Assembly: GCA_963740085.1 (NCBI GenBank)
Contig: CAVUCU010000004.1
Span: 160,001-224,000 of the forward strand
From: Nitrospirota bacterium
GTDB taxonomy: Bacteria; Nitrospirota; UBA9217
Length of the DNA stretch: 64,000 nt
Direction: 5' to 3'
The notes below the pieces were generated by a model. That model saw nothing but the letters and a program-made list of their open reading frames with translations, was not told the DNA's origin and ran no database searches. Positions 19,669-28,582 of this stretch are shown here, piece after piece. Position 1 is the first letter of the stretch. Each line of letters starts with the position of its first letter. Made by a program: the position numbers and the translations under genes.

Positions 19669-20340
19669 TTATGAAGAGAGTCTCGTCAGGCCTTCACGGT
19701 CCTTGATGATGACCTTCCCGTCAGAATCCATCACCAGTCCGTCTTTTTTGAACTTGCTGAAGGTGCGGATCGAGGTCTCGACCGTGGTCCCGACCATGTC
19801 GGCCACATCCTGTTTGGTGAGCCGCATGTCGATCAGCAGTCCTTCGCGCGTCTCCACCCCGACCTTGTTCCCCAGTTTGAGCAAAAGCGCCGCGATCCTC
19901 GCTTCAACGCGCTCGAGGGCGATGTTCTTAAGCGTGTCGAAGGAACTCTTCATCCGGTCGCCAAGCTGGAGTGCAATGAAGTACATGAGGTTGGGGAACC
20001 GGTCAACAAGCCGCATAAGGTTTTTCCGGGATATTTTCAGGATCTCCGAGTCTTCCATGGCAACGGCATTCGCCGGATAGGGGAAGTTCCGCAAGACCGC
20101 CACGCCGCCGAAGATGTCATGGGGAGAGATGATCTCGAGGATGATCTCTTTGCCGTCGTGGGAGATCTTGGTCACCTTTACCTTGCCCGTTGACACGATA
20201 TAAAACCACTCCGGCGCGTCGCCTTCCGTGAAGATATCGTCTTTTTTCCGGAACTCGACCGTGGTAATGTAAGCGGATAATTCCTTGAGTTCCTCATCCG
20301 AGAGGTTCTTGAAGAGGTCGATCTTTTTGAGATTTATCAT
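19669..20340 (-). CDS. Crp/Fnr family transcriptional regulator
   Basis: cNMP-binding fold plus HTH LTKQDVADMVGTTVETSIR; no FNR Cys cluster. Confidence 0.93.
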   Translation of the reverse strand: MINLKKIDLFKNLSDEELKELSAYITTVEFRKKDDIFTEGDAPEWFYIVSTGKVKVTKISHDGKEIILEIISPHDIFGGVAVLRNFPYPANAVAMEDSEILKISRKNLMRLVDRFPNLMYFIALQLGDRMKSSFDTLKNIALERVEARIAALLLKLGNKVGVETREGLLIDMRLTKQDVADMVGTTVETSIRTFSKFKKDGLVMDSDGKVIIKDREGLTRLSS

Positions 20341-20650
20341 TGCGTCATTATACCAAATTTGCTATTCTCATGTACAAAAAATCGTATGCATCTATTTTTT
20401 TGGGGAGCTCATCGCTCGGCCGCGCAGCATGCCGGGTATATTTACAGTACCTCCGCACTGAAATGCAGGTCTCGCATCACTCCACCCTCACCCCTTAACA
20501 AGGGTTCGGCCGTGTCTGCATTGTCTTGTTCTCGCAACTACGATCTGTGCAGCATTGCTATGCGCGTCTTTCGCGTCAGAGCTACCCGGCGCAGGGGAAA
20601 GGCAGAATCAAAAAGCTTTACCCCAACGCTGCACGTCCCCGGAGCGGCTC

Positions 20651-21065
20651 TTAAAACGATCCCTCCTCATGAGTTGCACTAAGGACAGAGAAAAGCGACC
20701 CACACAAAACCCGGCAGACCATAAAAAAGGACGAGGTATTCACTTTACGACGTCTGTTTTGGCATATTGAAACCCTATCAGCCCCGGCTGAAGGCCCCCG
20801 ACCAAACGCCGTATGGCACTGATAGCACAGCGCGGGGGGCTCCTCCGTGAGCTTAACGGTCTTTATCTTGTTCTGAGGGTGAGGGGTAAGGACCGACCCG
20901 TGGCAGGTATCGCACGGCTGGTCCGCCTGACGGATATTCTTGGTCTTTAACAGGCCCGGATGGCATTTTGCATTCACGCACCCATTGGCTGCTGTGGCAG
21001 ACCCGGACACAGGGTAAAGACAAATGGAAAATAACGTCAATAAGACGGGAAGAAGGTGTTCTCAT
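20651..21065 (-). pseudogene. truncated, frameshifted multiheme cytochrome c
   Basis: CVNAKCH, CDTCH and CYQCH motifs, then loss of cytochrome character; ATG 21065 (ATGA overlap with the GNAT stop) is out of frame with the rest of the signal peptide. Confidence 0.65.
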
Positions 21066-21532
21066 CTGGTTTTCATGGAAAGTCTCTTCCAATATATGTA
21101 TTCCGCTGCGCCGGGCCGTATGAGACCCGGCAGTTTTCCGACCCGGGTATATCCATTAGCGTTGTAAAATACAGCGGCCCTCCGGTTGAAAGACGATACG
21201 CAGAGGTAGCTGTTCGCGCATCGGCGCGCCATGACGCGCTCCGCCTTGGCAAGGAGCTTCCTGCCGATGCCTTGGCCGCGAATTTCAGGCGCCACGCCGA
21301 CGGCGCGGATATACCCGCCCCGGGCAAAGACCGGTTCAGGCGTAAAGATAATGAAACCTGCGGGCTCATCTCCGATCATGCAGACGAATGCCTGCTTCAG
21401 CGTAATGTACTTCAAGAAGTCGATCCGTTCATTCAGCGTTTTCCAGGGCTCTGAAGATGCGGTGATGGCGTTGCAGGTCCGTATATGCGGGCGCTTCATA
21501 GGCACGATTTTAAGAGCGCGGGGCGTCATCAC
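21062..21532 (-). CDS. GNAT family N-acetyltransferase
   Basis: GVAPEIRGQGIGRKLL motif A; FN...FY..NGY. Confidence 0.9.
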   Translation of the reverse strand: MMTPRALKIVPMKRPHIRTCNAITASSEPWKTLNERIDFLKYITLKQAFVCMIGDEPAGFIIFTPEPVFARGGYIRAVGVAPEIRGQGIGRKLLAKAERVMARRCANSYLCVSSFNRRAAVFYNANGYTRVGKLPGLIRPGAAEYIYWKRLSMKTR

Positions 21533-22142
21533 GAGACCTTTCAGATTCCTGCCTCACTTGTTCGAAGACCGCTTTGGTCAGGCGTTCGGTATTTTCGCGG
21601 CTGCCTGTATTGTCGATGACGTAGTCGGCGAGCCGGCGTTTCTCCGCGAGCGGCATCTGGCTCGCTATTCTGGCAAGGGCCTGTTCCCGGGTGAACTTAT
21701 CGCGGGCAAGGAGGCGATCGATCTGCTGATCCGGGTTCGCGTAGACCACGACGACCTTGTCCACATTGCGGTAATACCCCGTTTCTATCAGCAGGGCGGC
21801 ATCAAACACGATGATGGCTTCCGGTGTGCGATTTCTGATGTTGGTTACCTGCGCCGTATAAGCTGCAAAAACCTTGGGGTGCAGGCACTTGTTGAGCCAA
21901 GCCCGCTGCTCTGCGTCGTTAAATACGATATCGCCGAGCTTTCTGCGGTCGATTTCGCCATGCGGCAGCTTGATATCTTTGCCGAAGTGGTCGAGCACCT
22001 CCTGATACGCCTGCTGGTCGGGTTCGAGCAGCTCATGCACGATCCGGTCGGCATCGATGACATGGGCGCCGAGGTCTTTGAATACCCGGGCAACAAGACC
22101 TTTCCCGCTTGCGATCCCGCCTGTCAGTCCTACGATGAACAT
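21510..22142 (-). CDS. coaE: dephospho-CoA kinase
   Basis: GLTGGIASGK, IDADRIVH, LLIE, ADYVIDN. Confidence 0.95.
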   Translation of the reverse strand: MFIVGLTGGIASGKGLVARVFKDLGAHVIDADRIVHELLEPDQQAYQEVLDHFGKDIKLPHGEIDRRKLGDIVFNDAEQRAWLNKCLHPKVFAAYTAQVTNIRNRTPEAIIVFDAALLIETGYYRNVDKVVVVYANPDQQIDRLLARDKFTREQALARIASQMPLAEKRRLADYVIDNTGSRENTERLTKAVFEQVRQESERSRDDAPRS

Positions 22143-22182
22143 CGTATTGCCTTTCATCCTGAAACGTCAGTAGTGATTATTT

Positions 22183-22300
22183 GGCCGCAAAGAACACAAA
22201 GAACAAAAAAAGGGTATAAACAAAAGCAATCACCTTCCTGGTGATACAGCTTTCTTTACAAAGCGTTGATTTATCTCTCCGCTCTTTGCGTTCTGCAGCT
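22183..22300. repeat. palindromic core related to the MITE interior (GCCGCAAAGAAC...), no terminal repeats
   Basis: GGCCGCAAAGAACACAAAGAAC ... CTCTTTGCGTTCTGCAGC. Confidence 0.55.
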
Positions 22301-22344
22301 GACTGCTTTTTTCAGGTCCATCAACCATGACGCCGCTCATCCGC

Positions 22345-23028
22345 TTACCAGGTATGGATGATCGCGTATCCCTTTCTCAAAAGAGGAAGAAGCAGTTTTC
22401 CCGTTTTTATTATACCATCAGCGAGAAAATTCATGTAGTCCATGTTGTCCGCAAGGTAAACCTTCATGAGGAAAGCCGCGAAGGCGATATTGAACAAAAG
22501 GATCAGCGGATAAGAAAAAATCGCGCCTTCCTCCCTGATATCGTTCTGGTCGGCCTGAAGAAAAACGAAGGTCAGCACCAGGTGGAGCGCGAAGGTCGCG
22601 CCGGAGAGGAAAATAAGGATGCCGGTTGTCATGCCCCGGGCGTCGGCGGCGCGCGCCGTCCAGTAGAGGATGAGCGCAAGGGACGTATAAAGGGGGAAAA
22701 AGTAGGGGGCAAGCGTGATGATGAAGTTCGATTTGGTTATCGTTACGCGGCCGCCCCGGTCGCTGGCGTGGAAGGATTTCACGGAGCCTCCGAAGAGCAC
22801 GGCGAAGAGGGCGTGCGTGAGTTCATGGCCGACGACATAGGTCAAGACCGGTTTTTTGAAGAGAATATGGGCGGTGAGGTAGGTCAGCCCTCCCGCGAAA
22901 AAGTAATAGGGGGTATCCAGCCTGTACCGGACCGTGAAGACCGTGGTCGCAAACTGCCAGGCAAAACCCGCGCAGAAGGGGATCAGCGACAGGCCGAACA
23001 GGATTTTTATAAATTTTTTCCCCATCAT
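22345..23028 (-). CDS. membrane metallopeptidase (M50-like, HExxH)
   Basis: GHELTHA, LAPYFFP, several TM helices. Confidence 0.75.
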   Translation of the reverse strand: MMGKKFIKILFGLSLIPFCAGFAWQFATTVFTVRYRLDTPYYFFAGGLTYLTAHILFKKPVLTYVVGHELTHALFAVLFGGSVKSFHASDRGGRVTITKSNFIITLAPYFFPLYTSLALILYWTARAADARGMTTGILIFLSGATFALHLVLTFVFLQADQNDIREEGAIFSYPLILLFNIAFAAFLMKVYLADNMDYMNFLADGIIKTGKLLLPLLRKGYAIIHTW

Positions 23029-23055
23029 CTAAACCGGTAAAACGGAACTTTTCCC

Positions 23056-23189
23056 GTCACTATTCAGATTGACCGCAAAAGAACGCAAAGAACTCAAAGA
23101 AAAAACCTAAGACAATGTATGTTAGTTTTAGTTCTCTCTGCGATCTTTGCGTTCCTTCGCGGCTAACAGACTTTGATCCGAACAGATAC
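23056..23189 (+). mobile_element. MITE copy B (134 bp, degenerate termini)
   Basis: GTCACTATTCAG...CCGAACAGATAC; interior closely similar to 27584-27714. Confidence 0.8.
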
Positions 23190-23234
23190 CTGTCTCCTTG
23201 CAAATAGTTTGATGCAAAGATCTCAGAGACCGCA

Positions 23235-24320
23235 TCAGACCGACCGTTGCATCCGGACAAGCACAACAGCCGACGTCACCGTAAATAAAATGTTGGCAAA
23301 CCATGCCGATATCGCGGGTTGGAGGACCCCCGAGTGCCCGAGAGATATTCCGACGCTGGTGAGCAGCCAGTAGACGGCGGCGATCGCGACGGCAAGCGCG
23401 ATCCCCTTGCCGGTTCCTCCGGAACGCACCTTGTGGACACCAAAGGGGATGGAGATCATGACCATCAGCAGGCTGGCCAGCGGGTATGCCAGCTTACCTT
23501 GCAGGTCCACTTCATACCCCACAGCCTTATAGCCGCTCTGTTTGATCCTTTTAACGTAGTTCCACATCTCGGAGAAGCTCATCTCCTCCGAGTCTTTAAC
23601 GATCATGCCGAGGTCGTTGGGGTTCTCCACGATATTGAAGACCTCGTTGTCGGACGAACGGGACTGCACCACGTCGTTCACCTGGGTGAAAGTAACGCTG
23701 TCTTTCAGCCGCCATGCGCCATTCTCCCAGACCAGACTGCCGGCCTTGATCTGCTCCCGCACCGAGTAGTCCGCATTCAGCTTGTAGATGTTCAGCCCCA
23801 GCATTTCGTTCCGGTTCGGAGAGACCAGCTCAATATTGACAATGCTGTTTTCCGGTCCGCGGAGCCACAACTTGGATTGCTGGAACATGACCCGCTGCTG
23901 GCTTTTCTCGATCTCCACCTTCCGGATGTAGGTGGCACGGGAGCTGTAGACGGGCATGACAACCTCATTGTTGACGAACCCGAGGCAGGAAATCAGGAGA
24001 CCGCCGGCGAAAAGCGGCGCGACGATCCTGGCAAGGCTGACACCGCCTGCGCGCATGGCGATGATCTCATTGTGGCGCGAAAGGTTGCCCAGCGACAGGA
24101 GTGCGGCGATGAGCGTGGCCATGGGAAGGGACATTGATATCATGCCGGGCACGCTGTAGAGGAAATAGCGGGCGATCTGGGAAAGCGTTGCATGGTACTT
24201 GATCAGTTTGTCGGCCTTCTGGAGAAATTCGACGCAGAGGTACACGACGAGGATGCCGATCAGGACCCCCACCACGAGGGAGATGAACTCCTTGAAAATA
24301 TGTCTGCTCAGAATTGTCAT
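23235..24320 (-). CDS. lptG: LPS export ABC transporter permease LptG
   Basis: YjgP/Q topology; NEIIAMRAGGVS; second of a paralogous pair. Confidence 0.88.
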   Translation of the reverse strand: MTILSRHIFKEFISLVVGVLIGILVVYLCVEFLQKADKLIKYHATLSQIARYFLYSVPGMISMSLPMATLIAALLSLGNLSRHNEIIAMRAGGVSLARIVAPLFAGGLLISCLGFVNNEVVMPVYSSRATYIRKVEIEKSQQRVMFQQSKLWLRGPENSIVNIELVSPNRNEMLGLNIYKLNADYSVREQIKAGSLVWENGAWRLKDSVTFTQVNDVVQSRSSDNEVFNIVENPNDLGMIVKDSEEMSFSEMWNYVKRIKQSGYKAVGYEVDLQGKLAYPLASLLMVMISIPFGVHKVRSGGTGKGIALAVAIAAVYWLLTSVGISLGHSGVLQPAISAWFANILFTVTSAVVLVRMQRSV

Positions 24321-24422
24321 GGCCCTGTTAAAACCCTTTAGTTCAGATCATCTTAAATTCGCAAGTTCCAGCTTCCGCGTCCCTACGGTTCAATAAGTTC
24401 ATCGGTCTGAGTCGATGCCTCG

Positions 24423-25598
24423 TTAAGTCTTTCCATTCAATCGCGCCTTGGTTCTATAATAGAGCAGGCTGATGCGGTTTCCGAGCCTGAGGTTGATCTC
24501 CTGCCCTCGTTTGATGATAAAAATAAGCGCCGCGACGGTCATCAGGACGTTCGGTATCCAAAAAGCAAGAGACGCGGGGAAGGTCCCTGTCTCCGCGAGA
24601 TTGGTCGCCCCGCTCAGGATAATAAAATAAACAAGAAAGACCATGAGCGCAATGGCCACTCCCGCGGACTTGCCGGAACGGCTCCGCCTGATGCCGAGGG
24701 GTGCGCCGATCAGTCCCAGAATAATGCAGGCAAATGGTATCGACAGGCGTTTGTGCAGTTCCGTTTCATAGGTGTAAGAGGGTTTCCCTTCTCTGCGCAA
24801 CCGCTTGATCTTACGGACAAGCTCGAGGGTGTCAAAGTCGTCGACACTTTTCCCGGGCGCATTTTTTTGGAGCGCGTTGCTGATGTCGAGATTGAGCCGC
24901 GCTTTGTCGAACCCCATGAGCGAGTAGGCTTGTCCGGCGCGGGGTTGCGTGAGAATGGCGCCTGCCTCCATGGCGAGGGTGACGTTCATTGCCTGCTGGT
25001 CCGCAATGAGCCTCCCGCGTTTGGCCACGATGGCATAGGGCTCCCGGGCAGAGCGCTCGTCGGAGATAAAAACGCCTTCCAGGTTGTCGTGAGAGTCCAT
25101 CTTGTCTACATAGATGACCATGCCCTCGAAGGAATTGCTGAAGATGCCGGGTTCGATGCCGATCAGGGCGTGAGACTTCACCATGGCGAACAGGCGGGCC
25201 TTGAGCGCCGAATTTGCGCCGGGGACGAGAATGAGCGAGGTGAACGCCGTGACCAGGAAGGCGAGCAACGCGAACAGGAAGACCGGCCTGATCATGTTGT
25301 AGAGGCTGATGCGGGAGGCCTTCATGGCGGTTATTTCCGAGTCTGAGCTGAGACGGGCAAACGTGGTGAGCGACGCGACGATGAGCGACATGGGGATGGC
25401 GATGACGAGAAAGCCGGGCACGACGTAGGCGAGCACCTCGGCGGTGGAAGCAAGGGTTGCGCCCTTCGAGACGACCAGGTCCGCGAGCCGGAACAGCTTC
25501 TCAAGAAGAAGGACGAACAGGAGCACCGCTATGCTGAGGAAGAACGGGGGCAGCATCTCAAGAAATATGTAGCGGTCCAATATGCGGGGTCTGAACAT
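24423..25598 (-). CDS. lptF: LPS export ABC transporter permease LptF
   Basis: ILDRYI, RLSSDSEITAMKAS, ELHKRLSIP. Confidence 0.88.
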   Translation of the reverse strand: MFRPRILDRYIFLEMLPPFFLSIAVLLFVLLLEKLFRLADLVVSKGATLASTAEVLAYVVPGFLVIAIPMSLIVASLTTFARLSSDSEITAMKASRISLYNMIRPVFLFALLAFLVTAFTSLILVPGANSALKARLFAMVKSHALIGIEPGIFSNSFEGMVIYVDKMDSHDNLEGVFISDERSAREPYAIVAKRGRLIADQQAMNVTLAMEAGAILTQPRAGQAYSLMGFDKARLNLDISNALQKNAPGKSVDDFDTLELVRKIKRLRREGKPSYTYETELHKRLSIPFACIILGLIGAPLGIRRSRSGKSAGVAIALMVFLVYFIILSGATNLAETGTFPASLAFWIPNVLMTVAALIFIIKRGQEINLRLGNRISLLYYRTKARLNGKT

Positions 25599-25600
25599 GG

Positions 25601-27430
25601 CTATTTTCTGATCTCCTCGAGGATGTTCTTTTCGATCTTGTTCATGTCGAAGTAATCATTTTCCAGCTCTTCGATATAGAAACGGTCGAGGCCGCTGTTC
25701 AGGAGAAAATCCTCCCGCACCCGGCTGTCCCGGGACACGATGATGTGCGGCAGGAGATTGTTGAGGTAGAACGACTCCTTACGAATATCGAGAATGATCT
25801 CCTCGAAGACGGTGTGCGGGATGGGGCCTTGCACGATCCCCCGGGACTGGATCTCGCGGTTCAGGTCCTGGATGAAGATCTCCTGATCCTCCCTGGAGTT
25901 CAGCTCCGCATAGATGCTTTTGAAACGGTCCTTGATGTAGCGGTGGATGGCGGTGTAGAGCTTGTCTTCCTCGTTGATCTTGGAGATGGATTCGGCGCGC
26001 TCCCGGTAGGTGGTGTCGCCGGTCTTGATGCGAAGGAGCCCCTGAAACAGTATGTCGACTTTTTTCCGGCCGTACCGGGTCATGTAACGGTTCTCCCGGA
26101 GGGGGTCGATGAATATCTCGCGGAACAGATCCGGACCGATCTGATCGAAGACCTCCTTGTTGCCGAAGAGGCTGCGGATATTGTCTTCGCTCAGGGTCGC
26201 GTTCTCCATGAACGCGAGATTGTTGATCGTGCTCGATGCGCTGTCGTACCGGTCGAAATAGGTCAGGATTGAGCTCATCGATTCGAGCGCGGACATGTCG
26301 TTGGTGTCCCGCGCGTGCTCGTCGCAGGCCCTGACCGTATCGAGCAGAAGTCCCTCAAAGGCCTGGTCCCGCACCGCCGTGGATTTCTGCTTGGCTTTGA
26401 GGAGCTTTACGAGATCTTCCTGAGAGAGGTGTCCTCTGATCTTGTCCGTTCTGAAGAACAGCCCTTCGAAGATCGCCCGCGTGTCCTTGACATACTCCGG
26501 TTCCTCCACCTCGACGATCTTCATGTCCTTGAGAAGAAGCTCGTCGAGCGTGTCGAAGAGCGTGTGAGGGATATTGAGACGCAAACTCAGCGTGCGGAGT
26601 CGTGAGAGCTTCGCCAGCTCCGAGGGGTTCACCTGTCCTTTTTCCGATACGGTTATGAGGATGTCCTTGTATTCATCGACGATCTTTTTGTTCTCCGGAA
26701 GCTTGTACATCCCGTCGATCTTGATGCGTTCCTGCTGATAGGGAAGGATCATGTATTGGTTCGCCAGTTCGTCCAGAAGGGTGAGGGCCTCAGGGGGAAG
26801 CATCTTCTGCTCGGCATAGAACTTATTGAACGTGTTGAAATACTCCTCGTTATGCCGGTTTTGCAGGCGGAAAAGAAAAACAAGACCCCTGACGTCGCCA
26901 AAGGCCTCAAAGATCTCCCGGCAGAGACGGGTATCATCGGATGCACCCACGGTCGTGCTCCGCTTCAACTGCTTTCCGATGTACTTAAGAATATCGCGTT
27001 GTATGTCCCGGATCTCTTTCTGGAACGAGGAATGAACGAAAAAAAAGTAGTTTGAGACAGCGTTGCCGGTCAGAAATACGTGGTCGAAGGACTCATTTCC
27101 GGCCGTGGTATTGGTGAAGGTGATGTTCTCGGTGTTGTCGTAAAAGGCGCCGTACATGACCAGCCGGTTCGAAACGTCTTTGCGCAGGAGGTCCTTGAGG
27201 GGCAGATCCACGCCGAACATGTATTCGCAAAGGCTGCCGCCGGTCCCCGTATAGCTGATGCCGCCCGGAGAGATGATGAACTCGTTCCTTCCGGAAAAGA
27301 ACCGGTCCCCCTCCGGGAGCGATTCATAGCAGTACCTGCTGCTCAGGTCGGCGCCGGTGATCGTGACAAAATAGTCCATTTTTTCGTTGGCTTTGCCGTG
27401 CAGCTTGATTTCCTGAATCATATCGGGCAT
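25601..27430 (-). CDS. conserved hypothetical protein, 609 aa (resembles the TIGR04442 family)
   Basis: Long ORF with host-like codon usage; N-terminus IQEIKLHG and GGSLCEYMFG recalled from that family, not verified. Confidence 0.65.
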   Translation of the reverse strand: MPDMIQEIKLHGKANEKMDYFVTITGADLSSRYCYESLPEGDRFFSGRNEFIISPGGISYTGTGGSLCEYMFGVDLPLKDLLRKDVSNRLVMYGAFYDNTENITFTNTTAGNESFDHVFLTGNAVSNYFFFVHSSFQKEIRDIQRDILKYIGKQLKRSTTVGASDDTRLCREIFEAFGDVRGLVFLFRLQNRHNEEYFNTFNKFYAEQKMLPPEALTLLDELANQYMILPYQQERIKIDGMYKLPENKKIVDEYKDILITVSEKGQVNPSELAKLSRLRTLSLRLNIPHTLFDTLDELLLKDMKIVEVEEPEYVKDTRAIFEGLFFRTDKIRGHLSQEDLVKLLKAKQKSTAVRDQAFEGLLLDTVRACDEHARDTNDMSALESMSSILTYFDRYDSASSTINNLAFMENATLSEDNIRSLFGNKEVFDQIGPDLFREIFIDPLRENRYMTRYGRKKVDILFQGLLRIKTGDTTYRERAESISKINEEDKLYTAIHRYIKDRFKSIYAELNSREDQEIFIQDLNREIQSRGIVQGPIPHTVFEEIILDIRKESFYLNNLLPHIIVSRDSRVREDFLLNSGLDRFYIEELENDYFDMNKIEKNILEEIRK

Positions 27431-27583
27431 TATAGCAAACTAACCTGGATTTTCAAACGGAAAAATGGCTTTCGTCGCAATTAGTGCGGTTGAACCGGTT
27501 CGTCCTGCGCGCGGCAGGGTTCATGCGACATATTTCCCTTGATACCCCCTCTGGGAAATCGTATAATGCCGGACAATGCGCGG

Positions 27584-27714
27584 GTAACTGCTCAGGCTGG
27601 CCGCAAAAGAACGCAAAGAACTAAAGAAAGACCTAAGACAATGTATTTTAGTTTTAATTCTTTCTGCGATCCTTGCGATCCTTGCGGCTAACAGATTTTG
27701 ACCTGAGCAGTCAC
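27584..27714 (+). mobile_element. MITE copy C (131 bp)
   Basis: GTAACTGCTCAGG ... CCTGAGCAGTCAC (12/13 inverted match); internal hairpin of 9-nt units. Confidence 0.85.
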
Positions 27715-27736
27715 CCTGAAAGAGCAGATAATATCT

Positions 27737-28288
27737 ATGGCCATAAAGAGCGGGAGCATAAAAAAGTTCGCTTTCCTTGTTGTCCTTATCATCCTGACAG
27801 CCCTTTTCATCGCGGGCTGGTTCGTCATGGACAGGGGAACGGGCAGCAAGATCATCACCAGAGGTGATCGGGCGCCTGAGTTTCATTTGAAGACCATTGA
27901 CGGAGGATCTGTCAGCCTTGCGGACCTTCGCGGCAAGGTCGTGATGGTGCACTTCTGGGCAACCTGGTGTCCTCCCTGTGTCGGGGAACTGCCGACGCTC
28001 GACAGGCTGTACCGCACACTTACAGGCAAGGATTTCATGATGCTTGCCGTGAGCGTCGACGAGGGGGGAGCAGGGGCGGTGGCGCCCTTCATGAAGCAAA
28101 ACAAATTGAGCCTTCCCGTGCTCCTGGATCCCGGAGGTGAGGTCGCGAGACTCTACGGAACCTTTAAGTTCCCGGAGACCTATATTGTGGATCGCAACGG
28201 TGTAGTGCGATTCAAGGCGATCGGACCACGGGACTGGACCGACCCGGAGAGCCTTCAGATCGTGCTGAACAGCATCGAGGCTCAATAA
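27737..28288 (+). CDS. TlpA/ResA-family thiol-disulfide oxidoreductase
   Basis: N-terminal TM anchor, FWATWCPPC, FPETY. Confidence 0.93.
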   Translation: MAIKSGSIKKFAFLVVLIILTALFIAGWFVMDRGTGSKIITRGDRAPEFHLKTIDGGSVSLADLRGKVVMVHFWATWCPPCVGELPTLDRLYRTLTGKDFMMLAVSVDEGGAGAVAPFMKQNKLSLPVLLDPGGEVARLYGTFKFPETYIVDRNGVVRFKAIGPRDWTDPESLQIVLNSIEAQ

Positions 28289-28310
28289 TAAAACTGGGAA
28301 CATCATAGGT

Positions 28311-28376
28311 TACTAGGCTGAAGGTGGTTAGACTGAAGGAGTTGCTAAAAACCTGATCACTTCAGCCTTCAGCCTG
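28311..28376. repeat. palindromic element, CTGAAG family
   Basis: AGGCTGAAGG..GACTGAAGG ... CTTCAGCCTTCAGCCT. Confidence 0.65.
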
Positions 28377-28582
28377 AATACCGAGCAGTTGTGGCTATTA
28401 ACGCGGAGTTCATCGCATGTCGGACTTTATCACCACAGCACTGATCCTCATTGTTGTCGTACTCGCTGTCAACAGGTTAAACAGCGGAATGGGCCCGGGC
28501 TGAGGCGTGGAACCAGGGCCCCTCTGTAAGAGGGACGATGACCCCCGGCAGCAAAGCGGTGAGGAGAAAAAATAGCAGTATC

